Assembly (NCBI GenBank): GCA_947453945.1 | Contig: CANGJB010000007.1 | Span: forward strand, 4,932-68,931 | From: Sphingomonadaceae bacterium | GTDB taxonomy: Bacteria; Pseudomonadota; Alphaproteobacteria; Sphingomonadales; Sphingomonadaceae | Length of the DNA stretch: 64,000 bases | Reading direction: 5' to 3' | Part shown: piece by piece, positions 1 to 10,111 of the stretch | Position numbering within the stretch: position 1 is the stretch's first letter | Layout: each line of letters begins with the position of its first letter | Notes under the pieces: generated by a model | Seen by the model: only the letters and a program-made list of their open reading frames with translations | The model's database searches: none | Told to the model about the DNA's origin: nothing | Translations under genes and position numbers: made by a program

Positions 1-110
1 TGGGCGCGGGCCGCAGGCAACGGCCCGACGGGCATAAGCGTTGCCGAAATCGCAACCAAGGTGAGGGCTATCGCCGAACCTGCGCGGCCAGAGCCAATCA
101 TGATCTTCAT
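1..110 (-). CDS. N-terminal part (runs off the window) of an exported protein, possibly YbgF/CpoB-like TPR protein
   Basis: ATG at 110 gives MKIMIGSGRAGSAIALTLVAISATLMPVGPLPAARAQ, a signal peptide; identity guessed only from its position downstream of rodZ. Confidence 0.5.
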   Translation of the reverse strand, partial: MKIMIGSGRAGSAIALTLVAISATLMPVGPLPAARA

Positions 111-236
111 CGTAACTCCCGTCGGATCACCACCACCTCTTCCATGCGCCGCCTTGACGTCTCCACGCAAGCTTCTGAACACGAATTGCCGGAATCATCG
201 AAGGGTTTCGCACAGATCGCGGTACCGCACCCCGGC

Positions 237-1163
237 CTACTGTGCAGCGGCCTCACCTTCCGCACTGTTCACAGGGGCCGGGCGGGCCCGCAAGCTGGCG
301 GCATCGACCGGTACATCCTTCAGGACCTTTTCGCCATCGGCGAGGCGCGGAATGGCATTGCCGCCAATCGTGATCGAGAGCGCATCTGGGCGCCCCGTCC
401 AGATTTTAGGACCAACCGCATCTTCTGGCACTGTGTAGCTTTCCCCCTTGGCAAGCTGCTTCTGCATGAGCTGCGTGCCCTGTGCGTCGTAAAACTTGAC
501 CCAGATTCCTTCCTCGAGCGCGGTGAAGACCACTGACCCTGCGAGAGTCGGCTGAACAGCGGCAGCGCGCGATACCTGGGTCTGTCTTTGGGTCAACTCT
601 GCCGACGGCCGCCCGACATCGCGCACCAGAGACGGTAGTGAAACAGCGGGTGCATAGTAGCTGCGCCAGAAGACGCCCCCCATCGCGAGAATGGCGCCAA
701 CAAGCAGTAACGCCAGCCAGGCCACCAGACGCGAAGGGGTTTTTGCGGGATCGCCAACTTCGAATTGGTTGAGAACACTGGGCTCGGCACGAGGCAGGCT
801 GCCTTCAAGCTCGGCCCGCACTGCCTCGGCAATCTCTGCATCCTTTAGGCCGACTACCCGCGCATAGGCTCGGGCGAAGCCGATTGCATATGGGCGGCCC
901 GGCATAGCACCGTAATCGCCCGCTTCGAGCGCCTCGATGTGGCGGAGCGTGACGCGTGTGCGAACCGCGACGTCGCCCACGGTAAGGCCAAGGGCCTGGC
1001 GAGCAGCTTTAAGCCGGGAAGATACTGTTGCGGGTCCCGCACCATCACCTTGCGACAACAAGACTGCTGGCCCAGCCGAGCTGGGAGCTGCTTCACGCAA
1101 GCGGGCCACTGAGACCATGTTGCTTTCGCCGTCCTCGGCCACGGCGTAGCTCCCGTTGTTCAT
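237..1163 (-). CDS. rodZ: RodZ-like helix-turn-helix membrane protein (HTH_25 + DUF4115)
   Basis: N-terminal HTH (RLKAARQALGLTVGDVAVRTRVTLRHIEALEAGDY...YAIGFARAYARVVGL), one TM helix, C-terminal DUF4115-like (WVKFYD...TGRPDALSITIGG); start uncertain (1163 or 1118). Confidence 0.85.
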   Translation of the reverse strand: MNNGSYAVAEDGESNMVSVARLREAAPSSAGPAVLLSQGDGAGPATVSSRLKAARQALGLTVGDVAVRTRVTLRHIEALEAGDYGAMPGRPYAIGFARAYARVVGLKDAEIAEAVRAELEGSLPRAEPSVLNQFEVGDPAKTPSRLVAWLALLLVGAILAMGGVFWRSYYAPAVSLPSLVRDVGRPSAELTQRQTQVSRAAAVQPTLAGSVVFTALEEGIWVKFYDAQGTQLMQKQLAKGESYTVPEDAVGPKIWTGRPDALSITIGGNAIPRLADGEKVLKDVPVDAASLRARPAPVNSAEGEAAAQ

Positions 1164-1283
1164 TTTTGTTCCGGGCATTCTCTGAATCTTGTGCGAACCG
1201 CCTAAGAAGCAGCATTGCCCCGCTGAAAAAGTCAATGATCTTGTATCAATAACCGCACGATCCGACCCTTGGGTGCGACGAAT

Positions 1284-3557
1284 TCAATCGTATTCAATTC
1301 CACGCGCAGTTGCCCATCGGGCAATTTCGGCCCGCAGGTCTGCCGGAGGCTCCGCAAGCCAACCCCCCATTGCCGCCTGGATCTCGGGCAAATGGACCTT
1401 CCTGACGAGTTCCTTGATCGGCCCAACAGCAGCTGGCGTAATCGACAGTCGGGTGATGCCGATCCCGAGCAGCGCGAGAGCTTCCAGCCGTCGGCCGCCC
1501 ATTTCACCACAGACTGTGACGTCTGTACCGGACGGCGCAACAGTCAACACAACACGCCGAAGAAAACGCAGGATCGCGGGGGACAGCCAGTCATAGCGTT
1601 CTGCCAATTTCGGGTTTGCCCGATCGGCAGCAAACAGGAACTGGGTCAGATCGTTGGTTCCGATAGACAGAAACGACAGCCGCGGGGCGAGGATATCAAG
1701 GCATTCAGCAAGCGCTGGCACCTCGAGCATCGCGCCATAGCGGATCGCATCTGGCAAAAGCTTCTTCTGCCGCTTCAGAAACGCGAGCTGGCTTTCGAAA
1801 ACTGCGCGCGCGGCGTCGAACTCCCATGGCTCGGTCACCATCGGGAACATGACGTTTAGCGTGCGCCCTCCCGCCGCTTCAAGCAGTGCGCGGGCCTGCA
1901 CCTTGAGAAGCCCCTCCCGCTCGAGCGCTACACGCAGTGCGCGCCAACCCATGGCGGGATTCTCCTCGGTCTCGCCATCATTGTGACGAAGATACGGAAG
2001 CACCTTATCGCCGCCGATGTCGACAGTTCGGAAGACCACAGTGCGATCACCTGCCGCATCGAGTACATCGCGATACAGCCGTGTCTGCCGCTCGCGCGCA
2101 GGCAACGTGGCCGACACAAGAAACTGGAACTCTGTGCGGAACAACCCGATGCCATCTGCCCCGGTCAGGTTTAGCATCGGCATGTCATCACGCAGGCCCG
2201 CGTTGATCATCACTCGGATACGCTGGCCATCTGCCGAGATCGGCTCGACATCGCGCATGGCGGCATACAGCGCCTGCCGCTCGCGGTTGCGAGCGAAACG
2301 GGCTTCAAATGCTTCCATCAGCCCGGGTGCAGGCCGCACATCGACCACACCCTGATCTCCATCGAGGAGCAGCTGATCGCCTTCGCGTACTTTGGCGCGC
2401 AGACCGCGCACTCGGCCAACCACAGGGATTCCCATCGCACGAGCAACGATCACGACGTGGGCTGTTAGCGATCCTTCCTCGAGAATGACGCCCTTCAGGC
2501 GCCGCCGATCATATTCCAGCAGTTCGGCCGGCCCGAGGTTACGGGCGATCAGGATGGCATCACCCTTCAGGCCCAGGCTGGCCGCTGTACCAAGCTGGCC
2601 GGACACGATCCTCAGCAGCCGGTTGGAGAGGTCCTCCAGATCATGCATCCGATCGGCAAGAAGCGGATCGTCGATCTGACGCATGCGCATACGGGTGCGT
2701 TGCTGTACACGTTCGATGGCTGCTTCTGCGGTCAGGCCCGAATCAATCGCTTCATTGATCCGTCGGCTCCACCCCTCGTCATAGGCGAACATGCGGTAGG
2801 TCTCGAGAACCTCCTCATGCTCTCCGCCCATGCCGAATTCTGCCTGGCTAGCCATGCGGTCGATCTGCTCGCGCATTTTGTCGAACGCGAGGTAGACACG
2901 TTGCCGTTCGGCCTCAGTATCCTCGGCCACAACATGCTCGATCGTGACCCGTGGTTGGTGGAACACCGCCACACCGCTCGCTAGGCCCTTCACCAGAGTG
3001 AGCCCCTGAATCCGCTCATGTCCGGTCAGGTGGGCATCGGCGCCAAGAACATCTTCACCGTCGATGAGGTCAGCATTTGCGATCAGTTCGGAAAGGACCA
3101 TCGCCACAGTCTGCAGCGCCTCGATTTCCACTTCCTCATATCGCCGCGGTTCGACGTGCTGCACGCCCAATACGCCGACCGCACGCGCGCGGCGCACAAT
3201 CGGGACGCCGGCAAACGAGTGAAACCGTTCTTCACCGGTTTCTGGAAAAAACGCGAAGTCCGGGTGCGCGGCAGCCTCAGCCAGGTTGAGCGTTTCTATA
3301 TTGGCAGCAATCGTGCCCACCAGACCTTCACCTACCGCCATGCGGGTGACGTGGACCGCTGCTTGGTTGAGGCCGCGGGTAGCAAAGAGCTCGAGCATAC
3401 CTTCGCGCAGAAGGTAGATGGAGCAGACCTCGCTGTTGAGCTTCTCGCCGATGATATCGACGATCTGGTTGAGCTTCGCTTGCGCACTGGCGCGGGATGC
3501 CATGACCTCGTGGAGCGAAGTCAGGATTGCGCGGGCAGCGGCAGCGGCAGTGATCAT
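1284..3557 (-). CDS. ptsP: PTS-Ntr enzyme I (GAF + PEP-protein phosphotransferase)
   Basis: N-terminal GAF domain, phospho-His motif GSLTAHVVIVARAMGIP, GIGLFRTEF, SIGTNDLTQF, VCGEMGG. Confidence 0.97.
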   Translation of the reverse strand: MITAAAAARAILTSLHEVMASRASAQAKLNQIVDIIGEKLNSEVCSIYLLREGMLELFATRGLNQAAVHVTRMAVGEGLVGTIAANIETLNLAEAAAHPDFAFFPETGEERFHSFAGVPIVRRARAVGVLGVQHVEPRRYEEVEIEALQTVAMVLSELIANADLIDGEDVLGADAHLTGHERIQGLTLVKGLASGVAVFHQPRVTIEHVVAEDTEAERQRVYLAFDKMREQIDRMASQAEFGMGGEHEEVLETYRMFAYDEGWSRRINEAIDSGLTAEAAIERVQQRTRMRMRQIDDPLLADRMHDLEDLSNRLLRIVSGQLGTAASLGLKGDAILIARNLGPAELLEYDRRRLKGVILEEGSLTAHVVIVARAMGIPVVGRVRGLRAKVREGDQLLLDGDQGVVDVRPAPGLMEAFEARFARNRERQALYAAMRDVEPISADGQRIRVMINAGLRDDMPMLNLTGADGIGLFRTEFQFLVSATLPARERQTRLYRDVLDAAGDRTVVFRTVDIGGDKVLPYLRHNDGETEENPAMGWRALRVALEREGLLKVQARALLEAAGGRTLNVMFPMVTEPWEFDAARAVFESQLAFLKRQKKLLPDAIRYGAMLEVPALAECLDILAPRLSFLSIGTNDLTQFLFAADRANPKLAERYDWLSPAILRFLRRVVLTVAPSGTDVTVCGEMGGRRLEALALLGIGITRLSITPAAVGPIKELVRKVHLPEIQAAMGGWLAEPPADLRAEIARWATARGIEYD

Positions 3558-3737
3558 AGCCCATGGCCTAGCGCAGACAGAACAGTTTGCAAACCGCGGT
3601 GCCGGCGCCGCTTATGAATTCGTATCCGACGGAGCCGTTCTGCCGCAACGATTGCGCTCCGGCGTCAACCTTAGCGCAATCGTTGAGGTTGGATCGGTCC
3701 AGCCGGAGCGCCTAGGTCAGCATGCCGCCGTTGTCAT

Positions 3738-3905
3738 TCAGTGAACCTGCTGAACTTGCGCCAGTTCTTCCTTGATTCGCAGCTTTTGCCGCTTGAGTTC
3801 CTTGATCAACACATCGTTGGGCGAAGGCCGACCCCGCTCGTCGGCGATTCGCCGTTCAAGACCAGCATGTTTGGATTCAAGAGCGCTGATGTGCGAAAGT
3901 TCCAT
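3738..3905 (-). CDS. YdcH/DUF465 family small coiled-coil protein (55 aa, absent from ORF track)
   Basis: GGAGG RBS then MELSHISALESKHAGLERRIADERGRPSPNDVLIKELKRQKLRIKEELAQVQQVH*; H..L...I and LK+.KL.IK pattern of DUF465. Confidence 0.9.
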   Translation of the reverse strand: MELSHISALESKHAGLERRIADERGRPSPNDVLIKELKRQKLRIKEELAQVQQVH

Positions 3906-4192
3906 GCGGTAACCTCCTCAGGAGACCAGCTTCAGCCTGTTCCGGCGGCAGGATCGCTACCGGAATTTCCAGCCGAAGTTTTGCGCCGGCACGGACCTGT
4001 CGGCCTCGACTCATCCGAGCAGGCGCGTTGTCATGCTCCCACAATCACCGTATCTTGCAAGCGAGTCTGCGTCCGAATGCCCAACTTGCGAGTTTATGCG
4101 TATCTCCAAGGCAGGAAGGTGTTAACGCCTTGCGGTCTGCCATTGCGGTCGCGGCTGCGGCGAGACCAAGGCTGCGCAGGTGAGTTTAGGGA

Positions 4193-4399
4193 GTGGCAGG
4201 GTTGACCGAAGACGAAATGCGCAAGCGGCTCGAGATGCTGCGGATCGAGCATCGCGATCTGGATGCGGCGATCGATGCCCTGTCCGGCACAGGCGCACAT
4301 GATCAATTGCAGGTCGCGCGTCTGAAAAAGCGTAAACTGCGCCTCAAAGACCAGATCAGCTTGCTGGAAGACTATTTGATTCCCGACATTATCGCCTGA
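4193..4399 (+). CDS. YdcH/DUF465 family protein
   Basis: EHRDLDAAIDAL...DQLQVARLKKRKLRLKDQISLLEDYLIPDIIA; true start may be TTG 4202 after AGGGAG. Confidence 0.92.
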   Translation: MAGLTEDEMRKRLEMLRIEHRDLDAAIDALSGTGAHDQLQVARLKKRKLRLKDQISLLEDYLIPDIIA

Positions 4400-4537
4400 T
4401 TACCGGTTCAAGGCCGCAGCTGACCGGACAGCTTGGAGCTTCGTTTACCGTATCGTTCCGGCACAGGTCGAAAACCTGGTGAACGCATCCACGGCAATGT
4501 GTTGAGCGGGGCGCCGCGTTAGGACTATGCGCTTTCC

Positions 4538-5032
4538 ATGGCCCTGACGCCCAACTTCAATCCGCGCATCATCGAAGCGCTTTACGTCGAGGCACTTGTT
4601 CTCGCGGAGGAGGTGCGTGCGATCTTTGATCGCCTGCGGCAGGGCCATGACAGCCGAGCGCTGGTGGGGGCAAACGACGATCCCGAAGCTGATCTGGCGC
4701 ATGTGCAAATGAGCTGCGAAGCTCTGCGCACCACGACACGGATCATGCATTGCCTTGCCTGGCTGCTCAATCATCGCGCCTATTTCGCGGGCGAACTCAG
4801 CGAGTTGCAGTTGCGCCGCCATGGGCGCCTGATCGCCAATTTCCCGTTGAGCGACCCGCTGCAAGTGCTAGCCCTCCCCGCAGAAGCCCAGCGCTGCGTT
4901 CAAGACAGCGAGAGGCTTTATGCCCGGATCCAAAGGCTGGAAAATGCCTGGAGGGGAGAAGGACAGGCATCGGGAACTGCAATCGAGCGCTTGCGCCAAA
5001 GGCTGGCGTCGGCAATCCCGGCAACGATCTAA
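4538..5032 (+). CDS. rcdA: DUF1465 / RcdA family (regulator of CtrA degradation)
   Basis: LYVEALVLAEEVRAIFD and SCEALRTTTRIMHCLAWLLNHRA motifs typical of RcdA. Confidence 0.85.
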   Translation: MALTPNFNPRIIEALYVEALVLAEEVRAIFDRLRQGHDSRALVGANDDPEADLAHVQMSCEALRTTTRIMHCLAWLLNHRAYFAGELSELQLRRHGRLIANFPLSDPLQVLALPAEAQRCVQDSERLYARIQRLENAWRGEGQASGTAIERLRQRLASAIPATI

Positions 5033-5099
5033 ACCGGCTTCTTGGATGGTAGGCAGGCATAGCGTTGCGCCTCCGCCCGAAAATCCCCATATCCGCCCC

Positions 5100-6059
5100 A
5101 TGGCATCAACCAATCCTGCGCCGGGCGTGAACATCCCCGATCGATCCGAATGGAACACCGGTCTTGACGTCACGCTTGAGCCGCTGGTGCGCCGCGTGCT
5201 GGCGCCCAACCCTTCTCCCTACACGTTCAACGGTACGCAGACCTATCTTGTCGGTATCGGCCAAGACGTCGTCGTGATCGATCCGGGCCCGACCGGCACC
5301 GGGATTGCTGGCCACGCCGATACGAACGGGGAAGGGCATGTCGAGGCCATTCTCAAGGCGATCGGAAGCCAGAAGCTGGCCGCGATCATGTGCACGCATA
5401 CGCACCGCGATCACAGCCCTGCTGCCCGGCCACTGCAGGCCGCCACCGGCGCTCCGATAATCGGCTGCGCGGCGCTTGCCATCGACGACAGCGGTGCCGG
5501 CCTCGGCGTACGCGCGGATGCCGAGTTCGACCCGCTTTACAAACCGGACCGGGTGCTTGCGGACGGCGACAGGCTTGCGGGCGATGGCTGGACGCTAGAA
5601 GCAGTCTCGACACCGGGGCACACCAGCAACCACCTTTGCTTCGCGTTGCTGGAAAGCGGCGCCTTGTTCACGGGCGATCACGTCATGGGTTGGTCAACAA
5701 CAGTCGTCTCACCTCCGGATGGGGACATGAACGCCTACATGCTCTCACTTCAGAAGCTGCAAGCCCGCGAAGATCTTGTCTACTACCCCGCACACGGCCC
5801 TGCGGTGACCAAACCGCAGCAGCTTGTGCGCGGCATGATCGGACACCGTCGTCAACGCGAAGCCCAGATCCTGCGCCTGCTGGGTGAAGCGGCCTACACG
5901 GTCCCGGAACTGGTAGCGCTGATGTACAAGGGGCTCGATCCGCGTCTTAACGGCGCGGCAGGGCGTTCGGTGCTGGCGCATCTTATCGATCTGGAGACGC
6001 AGGGACGCATCACACGCGGAGCCGAAGCGCCGGAGCAAACATGGACCTTGATCGCCTGA
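5100..6059 (+). CDS. MBL-fold metallo-hydrolase (LACTB2-like)
   Basis: APNPSPYTFNGTQTYLVG, THTHRDH, TPGHTSNH, FTGDHVMG, PAHG. Confidence 0.92.
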   Translation: MASTNPAPGVNIPDRSEWNTGLDVTLEPLVRRVLAPNPSPYTFNGTQTYLVGIGQDVVVIDPGPTGTGIAGHADTNGEGHVEAILKAIGSQKLAAIMCTHTHRDHSPAARPLQAATGAPIIGCAALAIDDSGAGLGVRADAEFDPLYKPDRVLADGDRLAGDGWTLEAVSTPGHTSNHLCFALLESGALFTGDHVMGWSTTVVSPPDGDMNAYMLSLQKLQAREDLVYYPAHGPAVTKPQQLVRGMIGHRRQREAQILRLLGEAAYTVPELVALMYKGLDPRLNGAAGRSVLAHLIDLETQGRITRGAEAPEQTWTLIA

Positions 6060-6712
6060 ACGCCCAGCCCGCACCGCCGGTATCGTTGCAACCGAGCCAG
6101 CAGCGGCTCGCGGTTCTGCCTTGGCTGTTGTTCGTTGCAGCCGTGGCGGTCGCGGCCTGGCTGGCGTGGCAAATCTGGCGACCCGCCCCAATTGGTGACC
6201 CGCTTGCAACAAGCCTCGTCGCCTTCGACAAGCAGGATCGCCTTACGGTGTTCAGTGCAGAGTTGGCGCCAGTTGTTGCGAGCGACGATAGCAGGCTCTT
6301 CGGCCTCGTCACATCGCGCCAGGTCGCGGTCATTCCGGCCAGGGTCGACTATGCCATCGATCTCGGCAAGGTTGGCCGTGATCGCATGCGCTGGGATGCC
6401 GCCAGCAGCACGCTCACAGTGCGTTTGCCCGCGCTTGAAGTCACACGCCCGAACCTCGATGAAGCCCGCGCACAATACTTGCGGGAAGGCGTGTGGATCA
6501 CGCGTGCGGCGCAGGACAAACTAACCCGTGACAATACGCGGCTCGCTGAAAGGCTGGCTGTGGAGCAGGCCGCCAACCCGGTGCTTCTGGGACTGGCGCG
6601 TTCGGCAGCAAAGGATGCAATCCGCCAGAATCTGGCGATCCCCTTGCAGGTCGCCGGATTTGGTGACGTCAAGCTGTCGGTTTCGATTGATGGGGAGTCC
6701 GGCAAGCCGTAG
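6041..6712 (+). CDS. DUF4230 domain membrane-anchored protein
   Basis: N-terminal TM helix; PARVDYAIDL...LTVRLP pattern. Confidence 0.75.
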   Translation: MDLDRLNAQPAPPVSLQPSQQRLAVLPWLLFVAAVAVAAWLAWQIWRPAPIGDPLATSLVAFDKQDRLTVFSAELAPVVASDDSRLFGLVTSRQVAVIPARVDYAIDLGKVGRDRMRWDAASSTLTVRLPALEVTRPNLDEARAQYLREGVWITRAAQDKLTRDNTRLAERLAVEQAANPVLLGLARSAAKDAIRQNLAIPLQVAGFGDVKLSVSIDGESGKP

Positions 6713-6832
6713 CCGGCATGGCGGGGTGATGGCGCGGTTCGCAGAGGCTATTGCCCACTGCTCCGGCGCTGCCTAAGTGCCGGATGATGAAGTAAGGGCG
6801 GCGCGCCCGTTTCGATCAGGGGATTTCGAGCG

Positions 6833-7822
6833 ATGACAGCCCAGCCGACCAATCTTTCAGGCCTCGACTTGCGCGCGGAAATCGACCGGCTGCGCAAGGA
6901 CCGCAAGGCGGTAATACTGGCGCACTATTATCAGAAGCCCGAGATCCAGGACCTCGCCGATTTCGTTGGCGATTCGCTCGAACTCTCTCGCAAGGCCGCC
7001 GCGACCGATGCAGAAGTGATTGCCTTCTGCGGCGTGAAGTTCATGGCCGAAACGGCGAAGATCCTCAGCCCAGAAAAGATCGTGGTTCTGCCCGACTTGG
7101 ATGCCGGTTGCAGCCTTGAGGACTCCTGCCCGCCGGAGAAGTTCCGTGCATTCCGCGAAGCACATCCGGATCACATCGCGCTAACCTACATCAATTGTTC
7201 GACCGAAGTGAAAGCCTTGAGCGACGTCATCGTGACCTCTTCAAGCGCCGAAACGATCCTTGCCCAGATCCCGCCCGAACAGAAGATCATCTTCGGTCCG
7301 GACCGGCATCTCGGGGGATACCTCAATCGCAAGTTCGGGCGGGAAATGCTGCTCTGGCCGGGCGTCTGCATAGTGCACGAGGCTTTTTCGGAAACCGAAC
7401 TTCTCAAGCTCATGGCGCAGCATCCCGGAGCGCCAGTAGCGGCACACCCGGAATGTCCACCGACAATCGTCGATCATGCCGATTACGTGGGATCGACCAG
7501 CGGCATCCTGCAGTTTGCGCGCACATTCCCGGGTGACACGCTGATCGTGGCGACGGAGCCGCATATCATCCACCAGATGCAGATCGCACTGCCAGAGAAG
7601 ACCTTCATCGGCGCGCCCGGAGCCGACGGGAACTGCAACTGCAACATCTGCCCCTACATGGCACTGAACACGCTCGAGAAGCTTTACGTTGCGCTCCGCG
7701 ACCTGGCCCCGCAGATCAAGATCGAGGAGACGCTCAGGCTGGGTGCCAAGAAGAGCCTTGACGCGATGTTGGCGATGGCAAGCGGGACCGTCGGGCTCGG
7801 CGATCTCGGCTCTCGCGCTTAA
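6833..7822 (+). CDS. nadA: quinolinate synthase
   Basis: LAHYYQ...ADFVGDSL, FCGVKFMAETAK, AGCSL, CIVH, AHPEC, CPYM. Confidence 0.98.
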   Translation: MTAQPTNLSGLDLRAEIDRLRKDRKAVILAHYYQKPEIQDLADFVGDSLELSRKAAATDAEVIAFCGVKFMAETAKILSPEKIVVLPDLDAGCSLEDSCPPEKFRAFREAHPDHIALTYINCSTEVKALSDVIVTSSSAETILAQIPPEQKIIFGPDRHLGGYLNRKFGREMLLWPGVCIVHEAFSETELLKLMAQHPGAPVAAHPECPPTIVDHADYVGSTSGILQFARTFPGDTLIVATEPHIIHQMQIALPEKTFIGAPGADGNCNCNICPYMALNTLEKLYVALRDLAPQIKIEETLRLGAKKSLDAMLAMASGTVGLGDLGSRA

Positions 7823-7838
7823 CGCAGCAGCGAAACGC

Positions 7839-8759
7839 ATGAACCAACCGACATCAGGATCTGGCTCTGCGCCGATCAAGCGGCCCGCGCGCGCGCGTGA
7901 GATGCAGGACGCGCTCAACCATTACATCTACCACCCACTCGCATGGCAGCTTGCACGTGTGCTCGCCCCCACCCCGATCACGCCGAATATGGTCTCGGTG
8001 TTCGGAGGCATGCTCGTCGTCGCAGCGGGCTTCGTATACTGGAGCACGGTCGGTCCATACTGGGCATTGGTCGGCATGATGCTCCACATATCGTGGCACG
8101 TGGTCGACGGTGCAGACGGAGATCTGGCTCGCATCACGGGGCGATCGAGCCCACTCGGTGAATTGGTCGACGGCATCTGCGACTATACCAGCCACATCGT
8201 GCTCTACGTCCTCCTGGCGTTCATCCTGACGCGCACGTTGGGGCCAGGCTGGGCATGGTTCTGGACCTTGGCGGCAGGCGCAGGCCACATCGTGCAGGCC
8301 AACCATGTCGAGGTACAGCGGCGGTTCTACCAGCATTGGACCTATGGCACGCCGTGGCTGCACAACGCCCAAGGCGCAAACACCACCCTGTTCCGCGACA
8401 AGGGGGGGCTGGGCTGGTTGCTGAGGGTGGTCGTTGCCGGCTATCTGCGCCTCGCTGCAGGCATGAGCCCCAATGCGTTGCGGATCGATGCCGCAGTGAC
8501 TCGCGCCGTGAAAGACGACCCGGCGATGCTCACCCGGATCCGCGCCGAGGTCCAGCGCGAGCAGCGGTCCCTGCTTGGGCTGCTCCGCTACCTGGGGCCC
8601 AATCCGCGCGCGATCCTGCTCGGGCTTTCGATGATTGCCGGCAGCCCCTTGTGGTACTTTATCTACTTGTCAGTAGGGCTCAATCTCTTGCTCATGCTTT
8701 CGGTGCGACTGCATGACGCTGCCGCAGCGCGCGTCGTCGCGCGCCTGGATTTGCCCTGA
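7839..8759 (+). CDS. CDP-alcohol phosphotransferase family protein (DIPPS-like)
   Basis: Signature DxxDGxxAR...GxxxDxxxD: DGADGDLARITGRSSPLGELVDGICD; preceded by ITPNMVS; several TM helices. Confidence 0.92.
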   Translation: MNQPTSGSGSAPIKRPARAREMQDALNHYIYHPLAWQLARVLAPTPITPNMVSVFGGMLVVAAGFVYWSTVGPYWALVGMMLHISWHVVDGADGDLARITGRSSPLGELVDGICDYTSHIVLYVLLAFILTRTLGPGWAWFWTLAAGAGHIVQANHVEVQRRFYQHWTYGTPWLHNAQGANTTLFRDKGGLGWLLRVVVAGYLRLAAGMSPNALRIDAAVTRAVKDDPAMLTRIRAEVQREQRSLLGLLRYLGPNPRAILLGLSMIAGSPLWYFIYLSVGLNLLLMLSVRLHDAAAARVVARLDLP

Positions 8760-8764
8760 AAGGA

Positions 8765-10111
8765 TCAGGTCGGTGCGTCGCGCCGCATGCCAAATGCGCA
8801 GATCAGCATGACGAGAACCGAGAGCGCCTCGACCGCGCCCCAGGCCAGCCAGCTTGAGTGGTTGTAAAGCCAGACGCCGATGGCCGGCGAGATGATGTAG
8901 GCGGAACCATTGACCGCCGCGACAATGCCAGCCGACTGCCCCTGTTCCGCAGGGGAAACGGCCAGGCTGGCACCAGAGGTAAAGCCGGGCCGGAACAGGC
9001 CGAATCCCAGCGAGCAGATCGCAAAACCAGTGGCGATGGCATGGAGATCGCGGCCTGCCGCCATGCCTAATGTGCCAACGGCCACTAGGCCCATGCCCCA
9101 CAGCGTAGACGTGCGCGGTCCCATCCGCATCATGGGAATTAGGCCCCACTGCGCCAGCAAGGTGGCGGCCGCCCCGCCCATCAGAACCAGGCCGATCGGA
9201 CCTGCCGCGGCATCTGGCTGATGCCGCAGTCCAAGCCGGTCGAGCAACAGGAAGCCGACAACACCGAGCAGAATCGACTGGGCCTGTCCGCCCAGTGTCC
9301 CGGTCAAAAGCCAGAGTCGCAGGCGCGGATCGGTCCAGCGCAGCCGTCCGGCTCGCGAGTCAACCGAGTGGAAGTCGATGTCGATCTCGCCTTGGATATG
9401 ATCACGATCGGCTTCGCTCGCGCCGCCCATCCGTGGGTTCGATGCCGCGCTCATCGGTTCGCCCAAAATCTCGCCGCGGCCGGCAAAGCGTGGGTCATCA
9501 TCCGGCAAGCGCAACCGAAGCAACACCAGCACCACTACCGACGCGAGCGTGAACGCGGCAAACGGTCCGATCAGACCAATGCCGGGCAATATCAACAGCG
9601 GCGCGAGCGCCGGACCAAGCACGGTGCCAAGGCCAAAGCTCGATGAAACCAACGACAGCGCCTGCGTCCGCTCGGCGCGGCTGGTGCGACTGGCGACATA
9701 AGCCTGAACTGCAGGCGGAGCAGCCGAGCCGAACGTACCGTAAAGCGAGCGCGCCGCAGCGAAGAGGAGAATTGCGGTAAGGCCGCTGGTGACGCCGGTG
9801 AGCCCGGCATAGAGGGCGGCGCCGCACAAGGCGAACGAGACCGCGAACCCCACCAGGCCCAGTGCCATCATGGCCTTGCGCCCCCGCCGGTCCGATCTGC
9901 GCGCCCAGAACGGGGCGAGGAGCATCCACAGCAGCGCCGACCAGCTATAGGCTAAGCTCACCCAGACATCGGCTATACCAAGATGCGTCCCGATTGACGG
10001 CATGACCGATTGCATTGCCGTATTGCCAGCCGCAGTGACCAGCATGACCATGAACAGCAAGGCCATACGGCTGCGCGGCAGCTGAACATCGGGCTCATCC
10101 ATAACGGTCAC
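8765..10111 (-). CDS. MFS transporter (DHA1/TetA-like)
   Basis: About 12 TM helices; motif A WARRSDRRGRK; motif C GTVLGPALA. Confidence 0.92.
   Translation of the reverse strand: MTVMDEPDVQLPRSRMALLFMVMLVTAAGNTAMQSVMPSIGTHLGIADVWVSLAYSWSALLWMLLAPFWARRSDRRGRKAMMALGLVGFAVSFALCGAALYAGLTGVTSGLTAILLFAAARSLYGTFGSAAPPAVQAYVASRTSRAERTQALSLVSSSFGLGTVLGPALAPLLILPGIGLIGPFAAFTLASVVVLVLLRLRLPDDDPRFAGRGEILGEPMSAASNPRMGGASEADRDHIQGEIDIDFHSVDSRAGRLRWTDPRLRLWLLTGTLGGQAQSILLGVVGFLLLDRLGLRHQPDAAAGPIGLVLMGGAAATLLAQWGLIPMMRMGPRTSTLWGMGLVAVGTLGMAAGRDLHAIATGFAICSLGFGLFRPGFTSGASLAVSPAEQGQSAGIVAAVNGSAYIISPAIGVWLYNHSSWLAWGAVEALSVLVMLICAFGMRRDAPT

Noticed and set aside
1231-1250. FNR/FixK box upstream of rodZ (ATGAT-N5-ATCAA); likewise TTGATTTGTGCAA near 62242
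   Set aside because: Spacing does not fit TTGAT-N4-ATCAA.
4120-4130. CtrA site in the DUF465 divergent promoter
   Set aside because: Only a GTTAAC half-site; no second half at N7.
6713-6832. Possible NAD+ riboswitch upstream of nadA
   Set aside because: Short GC-rich spacer without the tandem conserved aptamer pattern; no convincing structure.
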